A stretch of DNA of 32,651 nucleotides from Treponema sp. GTDB lineage: Bacteria > Spirochaetota > Spirochaetia > Treponematales > Breznakiellaceae. This document shows, one piece after another, positions 1-10,038 of this stretch (positions are counted from its first letter, which is position 1; every line of letters begins with the position of its first letter). The notes under the pieces were generated by a model. The model searched no databases. It was given only the letters and a program-made list of their open reading frames with translations, and was not told the origin of the DNA. Both the position numbers and the translations under genes were made by a program. The DNA lies in the NCBI GenBank assembly GCA_031288575.1, contig JAITRD010000003.1:1-32651 (forward strand), read 5' to 3'.

Positions 1-156
1 TGCGCGGGCTTAATGTACCGCCCCGGCGTATTCCACACGGTAAACGAGAGCGTATGGACCGGCTATCCCAAGATGAACGACGGTTCAGGGGTTCCTCCGA
101 CCCTCTGTATTGACGGTTACGGGATTAAGGGGCTTTACAACCTTAAAAACAAATAA
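1..156 (+). CDS. 3' end of a CDS that begins left of the window (52 codons, ...[13 protein letters not shown]). By position it is probably the solute-binding protein of the downstream peptide-type ABC importer.
   Basis: Frame 1 is open from base 1 to TAA at 154-156. A hairpin plus T-run follows, and OppBCDF-like genes lie directly downstream. The product call is positional inference only. Confidence 0.4.
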   Translation, partial: CAGLMYRPGVFHTVNESVWTGYPKMNDGSGVPPTLCIDGYGIKGLYNLKNK

Positions 157-164
157 CATTTCAG

Positions 165-190
165 GCGGCCCCGGAGCGGGGCCGCTTTTC
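165..190 (+). terminator. Rho-independent terminator/attenuator after the upstream CDS
   Basis: The 8-bp GC stem GCGGCCCC (165-172) pairs with GGGGCCGC (178-185) around the loop GGAGC. The run TTTTCTT follows. Confidence 0.6.
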
Positions 191-511
191 TTGACCCCGA
201 TACCTTTCTTGCTAGAGAATGCGGGATGAACGGACGGCGGCTAATGGAGCAGGGCACGGTATCACTGAAAAAATCACAATCGCCCGGATATTCACGATTT
301 ACAGGCGGGCGCGAAATTTGGCTTGATCGGCTTAGGGAGCGCTGCTAATCAAAAAACAGAAAAACTGTTGGTGATTATTTGCCAGGCCCGGGGCCATATT
401 AAATATTATATTTGCGGCCGGTGAACAGGGTTCGCCGGCGGAAAATGGCAAGACTTGAAACGGACCGCGGGGTTTTCGGGCAAGTCTAATCTCTTTTGCG
501 GGAAGGTTAAA

Positions 512-1525
512 ATGAACGGATATTGGAAATATCTGGGGAAAAAATTAGGCTGGTACCTGGTAACCCTTTTTGTGGCGGTACTGCTTAATTTTTTGCTTCC
601 CCGGCTTATCCCCGGGAATCCGGTCTCTACCTTGGTTGCTAACGCTACCACCGGTATGACCGACGCCCAGGCAATCAAGCGGATCTATGACGCCTATATG
701 GCGGACTTCGGATTGGACAAACCTATATGGCAGCAATTTTTTATTTACATTGGCAAGCTTCTCCGGGGGGATATGGGAAAGTCCTTTAACCAGTACCCCC
801 GGGAAGTTTCGGAGATCATCACCAGCGCGGTGCCCTGGACATTGCGGCTCCAGATTCCCGCCATTATCACCGGCTGGTTCCTGGGCAATTCCCTAGGGGC
901 CCTGGCGGCCTACCGGAAGGGGATTTTTGACCGGGCCTTTTTTCCCTTCTTTCTTTTTGTCTCCGCCATCCCCGCCTTCGGCCTGGGGATCGTGCTGGTA
1001 CATTTTCTGGCAAATACCTTCCATGTGTTCCCCGGCCGGCTGGGTTACGCCTTTGACATGCTCATCAACTGGAAAAACCCCGCCTTTATCCTGTCGGTGC
1101 TGAACCATTACCGGCTGCCCTTTTTGACCATGGTATTGGTTGCCATCGGCGGCCAGTCCCTGGGAATGCGGGAAATGTCAATCTACGAACTCAACGCCGA
1201 CTATGTTAAGTACAGCCGGCTTTTAGGCATAAAAGATTCCAGGATCGTCTGGTACGTGTTCCGCAACGCCATGCTTCCCCAGATCACCGGCCTGGCCCTT
1301 TCCCTGGGGACCATGATCGGCGGGAACCTTATCGCGGAAATCGTCTTTAGTTATCCGGGGATCGGGACCACCATGCTTTTGGGGATCAGCTCCCAGGACT
1401 TTCCCCTGATATCGGGCTGCACCCTGATCGTAACTATCACGGTCTTGGCGGCCAACTTCCTGGTCGATGTTATCTGCGGGATCATCGATCCCCGGATCAG
1501 GCTTACCCAGCAGGAGGAAGGTTAA
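512..1525 (+). CDS. ABC peptide/nickel-type importer permease (OppB/DppB family)
   Basis: Multi-TM protein with the binding-protein-dependent transport EAA-type loop (ADYVKYSRLLGIKDSRIVWYVFRNAMLP) and a C-terminal DPRIR. I prefer ATG 512, with GGAAGG 5-6 nt upstream, over the track's TTG at 455. Confidence 0.9.
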   Translation: MNGYWKYLGKKLGWYLVTLFVAVLLNFLLPRLIPGNPVSTLVANATTGMTDAQAIKRIYDAYMADFGLDKPIWQQFFIYIGKLLRGDMGKSFNQYPREVSEIITSAVPWTLRLQIPAIITGWFLGNSLGALAAYRKGIFDRAFFPFFLFVSAIPAFGLGIVLVHFLANTFHVFPGRLGYAFDMLINWKNPAFILSVLNHYRLPFLTMVLVAIGGQSLGMREMSIYELNADYVKYSRLLGIKDSRIVWYVFRNAMLPQITGLALSLGTMIGGNLIAEIVFSYPGIGTTMLLGISSQDFPLISGCTLIVTITVLAANFLVDVICGIIDPRIRLTQQEEG

Positions 1526-2485
1526 ATGGGACACCTTTTTAATACCGCTTTTAAGTCGGGCAAATTCCGTTTTGGTTTTATCGTTCTCTCCCTGGTTTTC
1601 CTTTTGGTGGTCTTTTTCCCCCTTTTTAACCATACCGATCCTTTGTCCATGGAAGGGGGCCTCTTTGAACGGCCCAACCTCCTGGAATTTATCCGGGGGC
1701 AGCCGGAGGAAGAGGAGAGCGTCAGCGCGGAGGAACAGGCCGTGGCCGACGACATTATGGCCCAGTTCGGCCTTTCGGCGGTAGTAAAGGAAACCCCCAA
1801 GGTGCTCCATATTTTGGGAACCGATAACTTCGGCCGGGACACCCTGGTGGAACTGGTTGCCGCCACCCGGACCAGCCTGCTTATCGGCCTTATCGCCGGG
1901 ACTATCGCTACCATAATCGGCCTTACGGTCGGCCTGGTGGCGGGTTACTCCGGCGGGATGGTAGACAACGTTCTTTCCACGCTGACCAATATTTTTATCG
2001 TTATCCCTTCCTTTGTCATCCTGGTCCTCATATCGGTGAGCATCAATTCCCGGAATTTCCTGACCACCGCCCTGGTCATCGGGATCACCGCCTGGCCCTG
2101 GACCGCCCGTTCCGTCAGGGCCCAGACCACAAGCCTCCGCAACCGGGACCATGTGAACCTCTCCAAACTTTCCGGCCACTCCATGCCCCGGATCATTATC
2201 CGGGATATCCTGCCCTACCTCGGCTCCTATGTGATGATGGCCTTCATCCTCCAGGTGGCTTCGGGGATCCTCGCGGAGGCAAGCCTTTCCATGCTGGGCC
2301 TGGGGCCGCAAAACGTGGCAAGCCTGGGGCTTATGATGCAATGGGCCATGAACTTCAGCGCCCTGCCGGTGGGGGCCTGGTGGGCCTTCCTCCCGGTGGT
2401 ATTGATGATAGCCCTCATCAGCTTCTCCCTTAATCTGATTAATTCTGGGCTGGATCAGATCTTTAACCCCCAGATAAGGAGTTAA
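1526..2485 (+). CDS. ABC peptide/nickel-type importer permease (OppC/DppC family)
   Basis: The ATG directly abuts the stop of the previous gene. It has the LGTDNFGRD motif typical of OppC/DppC, several TM segments, and a C-terminal [10 protein letters not shown]. Confidence 0.9.
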   Translation: MGHLFNTAFKSGKFRFGFIVLSLVFLLVVFFPLFNHTDPLSMEGGLFERPNLLEFIRGQPEEEESVSAEEQAVADDIMAQFGLSAVVKETPKVLHILGTDNFGRDTLVELVAATRTSLLIGLIAGTIATIIGLTVGLVAGYSGGMVDNVLSTLTNIFIVIPSFVILVLISVSINSRNFLTTALVIGITAWPWTARSVRAQTTSLRNRDHVNLSKLSGHSMPRIIIRDILPYLGSYVMMAFILQVASGILAEASLSMLGLGPQNVASLGLMMQWAMNFSALPVGAWWAFLPVVLMIALISFSLNLINSGLDQIFNPQIRS

Positions 2486-2489
2486 CCCT

Positions 2490-3578
2490 ATGGCGGCCAT
2501 ACTGGAAGTAAAAAATCTTACCACCTATTACAAAACCCGGATGAACGAGAGGATCTGTTCGGTGGACAACGTGTCCTTTTCCCTGGAAGACGGAAAATCC
2601 CTGGGGATTGCCGGGGAATCCGGCTGCGGAAAATCTACCCTGGCCATGAGCGTTATGGGTTACTATTTCCCGCCCCTCTACTACGATTCGGGAACTATCA
2701 TCATCGACGGCAAGGATATCACCTCCCTCAAACCGGATGTGATCCGCCAAACCGTGCTGGGGACCGATATTGCCTATATCCCCCAGGCGGCCATGAACGC
2801 CCTGAACCCGACCCGGAAGATCATGCGGTTTATCGAGGATGTGCTCAGGGCCCACGGTTCCGCCTTAACCAAAAAAGAAATGCGGGATTTGGCGGAGGAT
2901 CGTTTCGGCATCCTTAACCTGCCTCCCAAGGTGCTGGACCAGTACGCGGTGGAACTCTCCGGGGGCATGAAACAGAGGACGGTCATCGCCATATCGACGA
3001 TCCTGAACCCCAAGGTGCTGATTGCCGACGAGCCCTCCTCGGCCCTGGACGTGTCCTCCCAGAAGATCGTCATTAAGCTGCTCCACGATTTAATGGAGAA
3101 GGGTTTTGTCCGGGCCATGCTCTTTATCACCCACGAACTGCCCCTGCTCTTTAATGTTACCGACGACATTATGGTAATGTACGCCGGAGAAATCGTGGAA
3201 CGGGGAGCCGCCCGGGAAATGGTTTTTGACCCCCTGATGCCCTATTCCAAGGGTTTGATGAATTCGATCATCGTGCCCGAAGAAGGTACCCGGGGCCATG
3301 TCTTGCAGGCCATACCGGGGGCGCCGCCGAATTTGAAGATCCGGCCCGAGGGCTGCCGCTTTTCCGAGCGCTGCCAGTATTTAAAGATTTGCGAAGGAAC
3401 CCTGAATGATAAAAAAGCGGGGCCGGGGAGGATTTACCGCTGCCGGCTGGGAGAAGCGAAATTGAGGGAGTTGTACCGGAAACAGGAAGCGGAGGCAAAA
3501 AAATTCCCCCTCATCTCCCATACCTATGTGGATGAGGCAATAGCTTCTGTGGAAACCAAAGGGGAGGAAAGGCCATGA
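2490..3578 (+). CDS. ABC importer ATP-binding protein (OppD/DppD family) with an oligopeptide-transporter C-terminal Cys-rich extension
   Basis: Walker [10 protein letters not shown], signature LSGGMKQR and Walker [12 protein letters not shown] are present. The C-terminal region reads [10 protein letters not shown]...[16 protein letters not shown] lies upstream of the ATG. Confidence 0.9.
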   Translation: MAAILEVKNLTTYYKTRMNERICSVDNVSFSLEDGKSLGIAGESGCGKSTLAMSVMGYYFPPLYYDSGTIIIDGKDITSLKPDVIRQTVLGTDIAYIPQAAMNALNPTRKIMRFIEDVLRAHGSALTKKEMRDLAEDRFGILNLPPKVLDQYAVELSGGMKQRTVIAISTILNPKVLIADEPSSALDVSSQKIVIKLLHDLMEKGFVRAMLFITHELPLLFNVTDDIMVMYAGEIVERGAAREMVFDPLMPYSKGLMNSIIVPEEGTRGHVLQAIPGAPPNLKIRPEGCRFSERCQYLKICEGTLNDKKAGPGRIYRCRLGEAKLRELYRKQEAEAKKFPLISHTYVDEAIASVETKGEERP

Positions 3579-4411
3579 GCGCTACGGCAGGGGAAAACAG
3601 AAAAAAAATCGGCGAAGTGTTTTTGAGCGCCAAGGACCTGACCCGGGAATTTGGGTCGGGAAAGAATAAAACCATGGCGGTCGATAAGGTAAGCTTCGCC
3701 TTCCGCCGGGGGGAGATCATCTCCATTGTGGGGGAAAGCGGCAGCGGCAAAACAACCCTGGCAAAGATGGTGCTGGGGCTCCTTAACCCGTCGGCGGGGG
3801 AAATTTTCTTTGAGGGGAAACCCCGGGACATATCCAGCCAAAGCAAGCGGCGTTTGTACTGGCAGAATATTCAGGCCATATTCCAGGATCCCTTTTCTAC
3901 CTACAATATTTTTAACAAGGTGGATGAGGTACTGATGGACTGCATCCGTTTGCAGGGGGGCGGAGATTTAAGCAAGGAAGAAAAATTTGAGCGGATGAAG
4001 GACGCCTGCAAGTTTGTCAACCTGAAGTTCGAGGAACTGTCCAACAAGTACCCCTTTGAATTATCCGGGGGACAGATGCAGCGGCTGATGATAGCCCGGA
4101 TTTTCATGCTGAAGCCGAAGCTGCTTATCGCGGATGAACCCACATCGATGATAGACGCCTGTTCCCGGGCGACGATACTGGACATGCTCTTAAAGTTACG
4201 GGACGAGGTGGATATGACGATAGTCTTCATCACCCACGATATAGGTTTGGCCTATTATATTTCCGATACGGTGTATATCATGGAGCATGGGATTATTGTG
4301 GAACAGGGAACCGCCGACCAGGCCATACTCCACCCCAAATCGGACTATACCAAACGGCTTTTAGGGGACGTGCCCAAAATTTACGAACCCTGGGACTTGA
4401 GCAGCGCCTAG
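3575..4411 (+). CDS. ABC importer ATP-binding protein (OppF/DppF family)
   Basis: ATGA start/stop overlap with the previous gene. Walker [10 protein letters not shown], signature LSGGQMQR and Walker [13 protein letters not shown] are present. Confidence 0.9.
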   Translation: MSATAGENRKKIGEVFLSAKDLTREFGSGKNKTMAVDKVSFAFRRGEIISIVGESGSGKTTLAKMVLGLLNPSAGEIFFEGKPRDISSQSKRRLYWQNIQAIFQDPFSTYNIFNKVDEVLMDCIRLQGGGDLSKEEKFERMKDACKFVNLKFEELSNKYPFELSGGQMQRLMIARIFMLKPKLLIADEPTSMIDACSRATILDMLLKLRDEVDMTIVFITHDIGLAYYISDTVYIMEHGIIVEQGTADQAILHPKSDYTKRLLGDVPKIYEPWDLSSA

Positions 4412-4442
4412 CAGCCTGTTGTTACCGGGAAAAGGAAGGAGG

Positions 4443-4497
4443 CTGCCCGAAAGGCATCCGGTTTACCGGATTAAAAATCTATTCGGGCGGCTTTTTT
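4443..4497 (+). terminator. Probable intrinsic terminator of the ABC importer operon
   Basis: CTGCCCGAA (4443-4451) pairs with TTCGGGCGG (4482-4490), including one G-U pair. It encloses an inner hairpin ATCCGG-TTTA-CCGGAT and is followed by CTTTTTT. Confidence 0.5.
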
Positions 4498-4705
4498 AAC
4501 GCGGCCTTTGCGCGGCGCCTAAAATTCCGGCCCATGCCGCCTTGGCCCGCCGCCCCGCATGCCTCCGCGGCCCTTCCTCCCGGCTTTATTTATATTTTTC
4601 CCGGTTAAAAAATGATCCATAGTTAAAATCTATATTGGGACTGGAGGCATTATCCTTGCCCGGCCGGTCTCGCCTCTTTACTAAACCATATAATAAGGAT
4701 TTAGC

Positions 4706-6100
4706 ATGAAAATAACTGATGAAGGAGAACGGAAAGGGGGGGGTGTTTTTTCAAAACCCATGACGGAGGGCCTCCCCGGGAAGGTTCTCCTTTTATTTAC
4801 CCTGCCCATTATGGCGGGGGATTTTTTTCGCCTCTTTTATTCCATGGCGGACGCCATTATCGTGGGCCAGACCTTGGGGACCGTGTCCCTGGCGGCCGTC
4901 GGCTGCACCACCCCCCTCCTGTCCTTTGTCCTCGGCTTTTCCATAGGGCTGACCGCCGGGTTCTCCATCGTGCTTGCCCAGCGTTTCGGCGCCGGGGACA
5001 CCCAGGCCCTGCGCTTTAGCTTTACCGCAAGCCTGGTCCTCTGCGGCGCCGCCGCCCTTTTGCTGCTGGCCCTGTTTTTGCCCCTGGTACGGCCCATCCT
5101 GGCCTTGCTCAACACCCCGGCGGAGATTAAAGAGGAAGCGGCCTCCTATATGTTGATTATCCTCGGGGGCCTGCCGGTCACGCTGGTGGAATTTTTGTTG
5201 TCCAACAGCATCCGTTCCCTGGGGGATTCAAGGACCCCCCTGTACTTCCAGATAGCCGCTTCCCTGGTGAATATCACCCTGGACTACTGTTTTATTTTAA
5301 TCTTCCACTGGGGCGTGCCGGGGGCGGCCATAGCCACGGTTATCGCCAACTTCTGCGTGGCAACCCTCTGCGCCGTTCATATTGTCCGCCGTTACCCCCA
5401 GTTGCTGCCCTCCCGGGACCTGTTCCGGTCTTTCTTCCCGAAATTCTTCCCCGAGGCCGGGATACTGCTGCCCCTGGGGCTTTCCATGGGTTTTCAGCGT
5501 TCCATCGTGGAGGTCGGCAACATCCTGGTCCAGAGGGCCATGAACGGGCTCGGGGCACTGTCCATAGCGGCGGTGGCCGCGGGCCAGCGGATCCGGCAGC
5601 TCAATATGCTGCCCCTCTTCGCGGTCAGCGTATCGGTTTCGGTTTTTACGGCCCAAAACTATGGGGCGGGAAAAACAAAAAGGATCTACTCCGGCATCCG
5701 CCAGGCCTGTTTTATCGCCCTGGGATTCTGCGCCCTTATGGCTCTTATCAACTTTTCATCGGGTCATCTTCTGGCCCCCCTGTTCCTAAAAAACTCCCCG
5801 GAAGCGGAGGCCTTGGCAATCCGGTATATCCGCTTTATCGGCGCGGCCCTTTCCTTTTTAGCCCTCATGCTGATATTCCGCAGCGCCATGCAGGGCATGG
5901 GCAAAAATATTTCCCCCACCCTGTGCAGCGCCCTGGAAACGGCAATGAGCGTGGTTACCGCCTTTTTCCTGGTCCCCCGCTTCGGCTTTACCGGGATTTG
6001 CCTGGCAAACCCCCTGTCCTGGATTGCCTCCGGCATACCCCTCTATATCGCCTTTACGGTTTTTTGCCGGCAGCTCAGGACCCCCGCGGAAACGAGGTAA
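4706..6100 (+). CDS. MATE family efflux transporter
   Basis: 464 aa with about 12 hydrophobic segments. The N-terminus is MATE-like (LLLFTLPIMAGDFFRLFYSMADAIIVGQTLG), with an internal repeat around NILVQRAMNGLG. AAGGA lies 8 nt upstream of the ATG. Confidence 0.85.
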   Translation: MKITDEGERKGGGVFSKPMTEGLPGKVLLLFTLPIMAGDFFRLFYSMADAIIVGQTLGTVSLAAVGCTTPLLSFVLGFSIGLTAGFSIVLAQRFGAGDTQALRFSFTASLVLCGAAALLLLALFLPLVRPILALLNTPAEIKEEAASYMLIILGGLPVTLVEFLLSNSIRSLGDSRTPLYFQIAASLVNITLDYCFILIFHWGVPGAAIATVIANFCVATLCAVHIVRRYPQLLPSRDLFRSFFPKFFPEAGILLPLGLSMGFQRSIVEVGNILVQRAMNGLGALSIAAVAAGQRIRQLNMLPLFAVSVSVSVFTAQNYGAGKTKRIYSGIRQACFIALGFCALMALINFSSGHLLAPLFLKNSPEAEALAIRYIRFIGAALSFLALMLIFRSAMQGMGKNISPTLCSALETAMSVVTAFFLVPRFGFTGICLANPLSWIASGIPLYIAFTVFCRQLRTPAETR

Positions 6101-6197
6101 CCAATTGTCTTGTTCTTAAAAGAAGCGGCATACTCCGGCGCCTGGTAAAAGACGCTGGAGTATAGCAACTCGCCCGCCGTCTTGTTATGATTAAAGT

Positions 6198-8786
6198 ATG
6201 AATTATCTGGAACTTCCCGTTTATAAACATAAGGACCTTATCCTTTCCGCCCTGGAAACCAGCCAGGTTGTGATAGTGGAAAGCCCTACCGGTTCAGGGA
6301 AAACCACCCAACTGCCGGTGATCCTCCATGACGCGGGGTATGGCAAAAACGGCATCATCGGCGTAACCCAGCCCCGGCGCATCGCCGCCCTTTCGGTAAG
6401 CGAATATATTGCCCGGCAAATGGGGACTTCTATCCCGGGCCTGGTGGGTTACAAAATGCGCTTTGAGGATAAAACCAATCCGGGCACCAAAATAAAAATT
6501 ATGACCGACGGGATCCTTCTCCAGGAAATGAAGCTTGATCCCTTCCTTTCAAAATACGGCTGCCTGGTGGTTGACGAGGCCCACGAACGGAGTCTTAATA
6601 TCGACTTTATCCTGGGCCTCCTCAAACGGATCCTGGAGCTGCGGAAGGAATTCAAGGTCATCGTGTCATCGGCCACCATTAACGCCCAGGTTTTTTCCGA
6701 ATATTTTGGGGAATGCCCGATAGTCAAGATCGACGCCGTTACCTATCCCGTTACCCTTATCTACGATCCCCCGGCGGTAAGCCCCGGCGGGGGATCCGGG
6801 AAATCCCCCGCCGGCAGCCGGGGAAACCGGGAAAAAGGGCCGGCTTCTTCCGGGGATAATATGGCCGTCCCCGCGGGGAGCCTGGCCGCGGAGGCCCTCC
6901 TGGACAAGATCGGCGCTATTACCGAACGGGTGGTGCGGGAAGATCGGGCGGGGGACATCCTCGTCTTTCTTTCCGGCGAAAGGATGATCAAGGATTGCAT
7001 GAACCGCCTCGCCTTTGGACCGGTTTCCTCTTCCCTGCACCTTCTCCCCCTCTACGGGAGGCTCGGCAAGGAAGAGCAGGAACGGGTCTTTGATCCCCCC
7101 CCGAGGGGCAAGACTAAGGTGGTGATCTCCACCAATATCGCGGAAACCTCGGTTACCATCGACGGCATCGCCACGGTAATAGATTCGGGCCTGTCAAAAC
7201 TTAACTTTTATAACCCCCGGACCTTTACCTCAAGCCTGGTGGAGGGCCCCATCTCCAAGGCTTCGGGGAACCAGCGGAAAGGCCGGGCGGGACGTACCCG
7301 GGAAGGTACCTGTTACCGCCTCTATGCCCGCAGGGATTTTGAAAACCGCATCCTTTTTACCACCGAAGAAATTTACCGCACCGATCTTTCCGAGGTGGTA
7401 CTCCGCATGGCCGATCTGGGCCTGACCGCCTTTGAGGAATTCGACTTTATCTCCCCCCCAAACCGGGAGGGGCTTATCGCCGCCATTGAAACCCTAAACC
7501 TCCTGGACGCCCTGGAGCCTGACCGGAGCCTTTCCCGGATTGGGAAGCTCATGACCGAATTTCCCCTCCCCCCCCGGCAGTCCAGGATTATCGTGGAGGC
7601 GGTCTTCAAATATCCCCAGGTTATCGAAGAAACAATTATCGCCGCGGCCTTTCTTTCAACCCAAAGCCCCTACCTGCTTCCCCCGGGGGAAGAAACCGAC
7701 GCCCGCAAGGCCCATCACCGCTTCCGGGACGCCCAGGGGGATTTTGTTTCTTACCTGAAACTTTTCCGCTCCTACACGGAAGCCCGGGACAAATCAAAAT
7801 TCTGCGAAGGAAATTACCTGGACGAACGGGCCATGGCGGAGATCGCCAATGTTACCCTTCAATTGGGAGAAATTGTGTCGTCCCTCAATATCCCCATTCT
7901 TTCGGGGGGAGCTGTCGAAGACTACCTCTGCGCCGTTGCCCGGGGGCTTATTCAATTTGTCTGCGTCCGGGAAGGGCGGGATATGTACCGCAGCCTTACC
8001 GCGGACCGGATCCTCATTCATCCCGGTTCGGTGATGTTCAGAACCGAACCTGAATATATTGTCGCCGGGGAGATTGTCAGGACCACCCGGATGTACGCCA
8101 TGTCCGTATCCCCCCTTTCAAAGGAAGCCCTGGAAAAGATAAGCCCCGCCCTTTTTGAAGCCCTGGGGGGCAAGATTTCCGGAACCGGCAGGAAAGGGGC
8201 GGCCGCCGGGGAACGGCCAAAACGGATCCGGGATTTTACCAACATGATTAAAATAGGCGAAGAGGTCTTTGAAATAAAAATCATTAAGGGGAAAAAGGCC
8301 GTATTCCTGCCCTGGGAAAAGCTCTCCCCCCTAAAAGACCGGATCGGCAAGGAAACGACCCTGTATAAGGGGCTGCGGGGCACCGTGGTTTTGGAGGATA
8401 AATACACCCTTCTGGCGGGGGAAAAACTCAGCCTCATCCTCTCCCTTATTGCGTCCCTGGATATCGACGGCGCCCCGGAAAAATCCTGGCCCCGGAAGGA
8501 ACATTTTAATTCCCGGGAGGATCTTCCCCGGCTGCTTGGTTTTTTACCCGACATCCTGCATCCGGTCATTTGGAAACAGGGGAAAAAAGAACTGGGCTTC
8601 CTCTGCCTTTTAAACGACGGAAAGGGGAACTACTGGTTTACCTGCTCCCGGGGCTTTTTTACCAGCCTTAACGAGAGCCTTGCCAGCGTGGAATCCCTCA
8701 TTGACGAATTGGGGGAAGAAACGGATATAGAGATTAAACGCGTGGTAAATCAAACCTACCGGCGGCTTTCGGATTATCTCGGCTAG
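6198..8786 (+). CDS. hrpA: ATP-dependent DEAH-box RNA helicase, HrpA-like (short form without an S1 domain)
   Basis: Motif I TGSGKTTQLP, motif II VVDEAHERS, motif III SSAT, NIAETSVTIDGI, and motif VI QRKGRAGRTREGTCYRLY. These match HrpA/DHX-type rather than HrpB-type motif variants. Confidence 0.85.
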   Translation: MNYLELPVYKHKDLILSALETSQVVIVESPTGSGKTTQLPVILHDAGYGKNGIIGVTQPRRIAALSVSEYIARQMGTSIPGLVGYKMRFEDKTNPGTKIKIMTDGILLQEMKLDPFLSKYGCLVVDEAHERSLNIDFILGLLKRILELRKEFKVIVSSATINAQVFSEYFGECPIVKIDAVTYPVTLIYDPPAVSPGGGSGKSPAGSRGNREKGPASSGDNMAVPAGSLAAEALLDKIGAITERVVREDRAGDILVFLSGERMIKDCMNRLAFGPVSSSLHLLPLYGRLGKEEQERVFDPPPRGKTKVVISTNIAETSVTIDGIATVIDSGLSKLNFYNPRTFTSSLVEGPISKASGNQRKGRAGRTREGTCYRLYARRDFENRILFTTEEIYRTDLSEVVLRMADLGLTAFEEFDFISPPNREGLIAAIETLNLLDALEPDRSLSRIGKLMTEFPLPPRQSRIIVEAVFKYPQVIEETIIAAAFLSTQSPYLLPPGEETDARKAHHRFRDAQGDFVSYLKLFRSYTEARDKSKFCEGNYLDERAMAEIANVTLQLGEIVSSLNIPILSGGAVEDYLCAVARGLIQFVCVREGRDMYRSLTADRILIHPGSVMFRTEPEYIVAGEIVRTTRMYAMSVSPLSKEALEKISPALFEALGGKISGTGRKGAAAGERPKRIRDFTNMIKIGEEVFEIKIIKGKKAVFLPWEKLSPLKDRIGKETTLYKGLRGTVVLEDKYTLLAGEKLSLILSLIASLDIDGAPEKSWPRKEHFNSREDLPRLLGFLPDILHPVIWKQGKKELGFLCLLNDGKGNYWFTCSRGFFTSLNESLASVESLIDELGEETDIEIKRVVNQTYRRLSDYLG

Positions 8787-9997
8787 GGGTTTGTTTGGCC
8801 TTGGGCATAAATCGCCGCGGCAGGCTGATGCGAATCAATCTCAATAAAAGCGTCGATCAAAAAAAGATCCAGGAAAAGCAGCCCTTCCCGGGTTAGAGCT
8901 GTCTTGCCGGGAGCCAGAAAGCCCCTTTCTCTCCAAACTTTAAGGGTTTGGGGAATCCATTCCGCGATGCCCCCGCCGAACCTTTTTTTAAAAAGCTCCC
9001 CGTCGGGCCCTTCAATATAGCGGAAACCCATAAGGAGGCTTTCCTTGAGCAGGGTAAGCCGGTCAAGGTTCTCCTCCAAAACCGGGGCCCTCCCCGCGAG
9101 GTAGGCCTCCGCGTCGGGGGGGAGGGTAAAACGCCGGCCCGTTCCGGTTTCGTCATCGATGACGGTCCCCGACGCGGAGGGTCCGGCACCCAGCCAGTTT
9201 TCCATCCGCCAGTAGCGTATATTGTGGCGGGACTCTCTGCCGGGAAGGGAAAAATTGGACACCTCATATTGGGCGTATCCCGCTTGCTCCAGGGCATCCC
9301 TGCCGCGGATCCACAGGCGATCCGCCTCGTCGGGGCAGGGAAGGGCCGATACATTAAGGGGTGTCCCCGGTTCCGCGGTGAGGGCGTAGAGGGATACATG
9401 GCCCGGCCCGCAGGAAAGAACCCCCTCAATATCCTTTAATAGGCGGTATTCATCCTGAAAGGGAAGGCCGGTGATAAGATCCACGGAAAGGCCGGCGCCG
9501 TAATATTCCGAAGCCAGGGCGAGGCGTTCCCGCAGATCCTTCCCCTCCCCCGCCCGGTGAACCGCCCGGCGGGAGGGTTCAAAAAAACTCTGCACCCCAA
9601 GGCTTATCCGGGTTACTCCCCCCTCCCGGCAGGCCCTTAGGAAGGGCTCGTCCGCTGATTCGGGATTAGCCTCTATGGTAACTTCCCTGCCGTCCCCGGT
9701 TTCCCGGGGCAGCAAGGCCTCTAATCCCCCTAAAAGCCGCCGCGCCCCGGCGGCGCCCAGGAGAGAGGGGGTCCCGCCGCCTATATAAATAGTGGGAACA
9801 TCCCCGGGGCGAAAAAGGGAAAGCTGTTTTTCCACGTCGAAAAGGAGGGCCTCAATGTAACGGTCAGGCAAATTTTCCCCGGGGGCCAGGGCGATGGAAT
9901 AAAAATCGCAATAATCGCAAAAGGCGGCGCAAAATGGTATATGAATATAAAGGGAACAGGCCCTTTTTTCCGGCGCCTTTTCCCCCTGCCCGCTCAT
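8783..9997 (-). CDS. hemW: Radical SAM HemN-like protein (heme chaperone HemW / coproporphyrinogen-III oxidase-like)
   Basis: N-terminal YIHIPFCAAFCDYCDFYS (CxxxCxxC), GGGTPS, and a HemN C-terminal-type tail. AGGAGAG lies upstream of ATG 9997. Confidence 0.85.
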   Translation of the reverse strand: MSGQGEKAPEKRACSLYIHIPFCAAFCDYCDFYSIALAPGENLPDRYIEALLFDVEKQLSLFRPGDVPTIYIGGGTPSLLGAAGARRLLGGLEALLPRETGDGREVTIEANPESADEPFLRACREGGVTRISLGVQSFFEPSRRAVHRAGEGKDLRERLALASEYYGAGLSVDLITGLPFQDEYRLLKDIEGVLSCGPGHVSLYALTAEPGTPLNVSALPCPDEADRLWIRGRDALEQAGYAQYEVSNFSLPGRESRHNIRYWRMENWLGAGPSASGTVIDDETGTGRRFTLPPDAEAYLAGRAPVLEENLDRLTLLKESLLMGFRYIEGPDGELFKKRFGGGIAEWIPQTLKVWRERGFLAPGKTALTREGLLFLDLFLIDAFIEIDSHQPAAAIYAQGQTNP

Positions 9998-10038
9998 CCC
10001 GGCTCTCTCCTAAAAAACTTGGTGGTAATCTACAAAGC

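Noticed and set aside
226-348. 40-codon ORF (MNGRRLMEQGTVSLKK...) in the leader of the permease operon
   Set aside because: It has no SD and no recognisable features, and it is too short to support without conservation data. It is mentioned only as part of the leader finding.
455-511. N-terminal extension of the first permease from TTG 455 (ORF-track start)
   Set aside because: The extension (MKRTAGFSGKSNLFCGKVK) is not OppB-like. ATG 512 has a GGAAGG SD and gives a typical OppB N-terminus.
1223-2524. 433-aa ORF on the minus strand, antisense to the two ABC permease genes
   Set aside because: Its composition is dominated by G/P/D/H/R, which is typical of the reverse frame of GC-rich coding DNA. 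It has no SD and no recognisable motifs. The plus-strand permeases have unambiguous family motifs.
6107-6186. 8-nt direct repeat GTCTTGTT (6107-6114 and 6179-6186) between the MATE and helicase genes
   Set aside because: It is too short to distinguish from chance in a 97-nt spacer, and no associated inverted repeats or ORF are present.
8018-8569. 183-aa minus-strand ORF inside the helicase gene
   Set aside because: It is a shadow ORF with an Arg/Ser-rich composition and no motifs, lying entirely inside a well-supported CDS.
9934-10038. Esterase start at 9934, overlapping hemW by 64 nt
   Set aside because: The extension is Pro/Arg-rich shadow sequence of the hemW 5' end. Esterase homology begins after MNSKES.../IVGPVQTLYG, so ATG 10039 or 10057 is more plausible.
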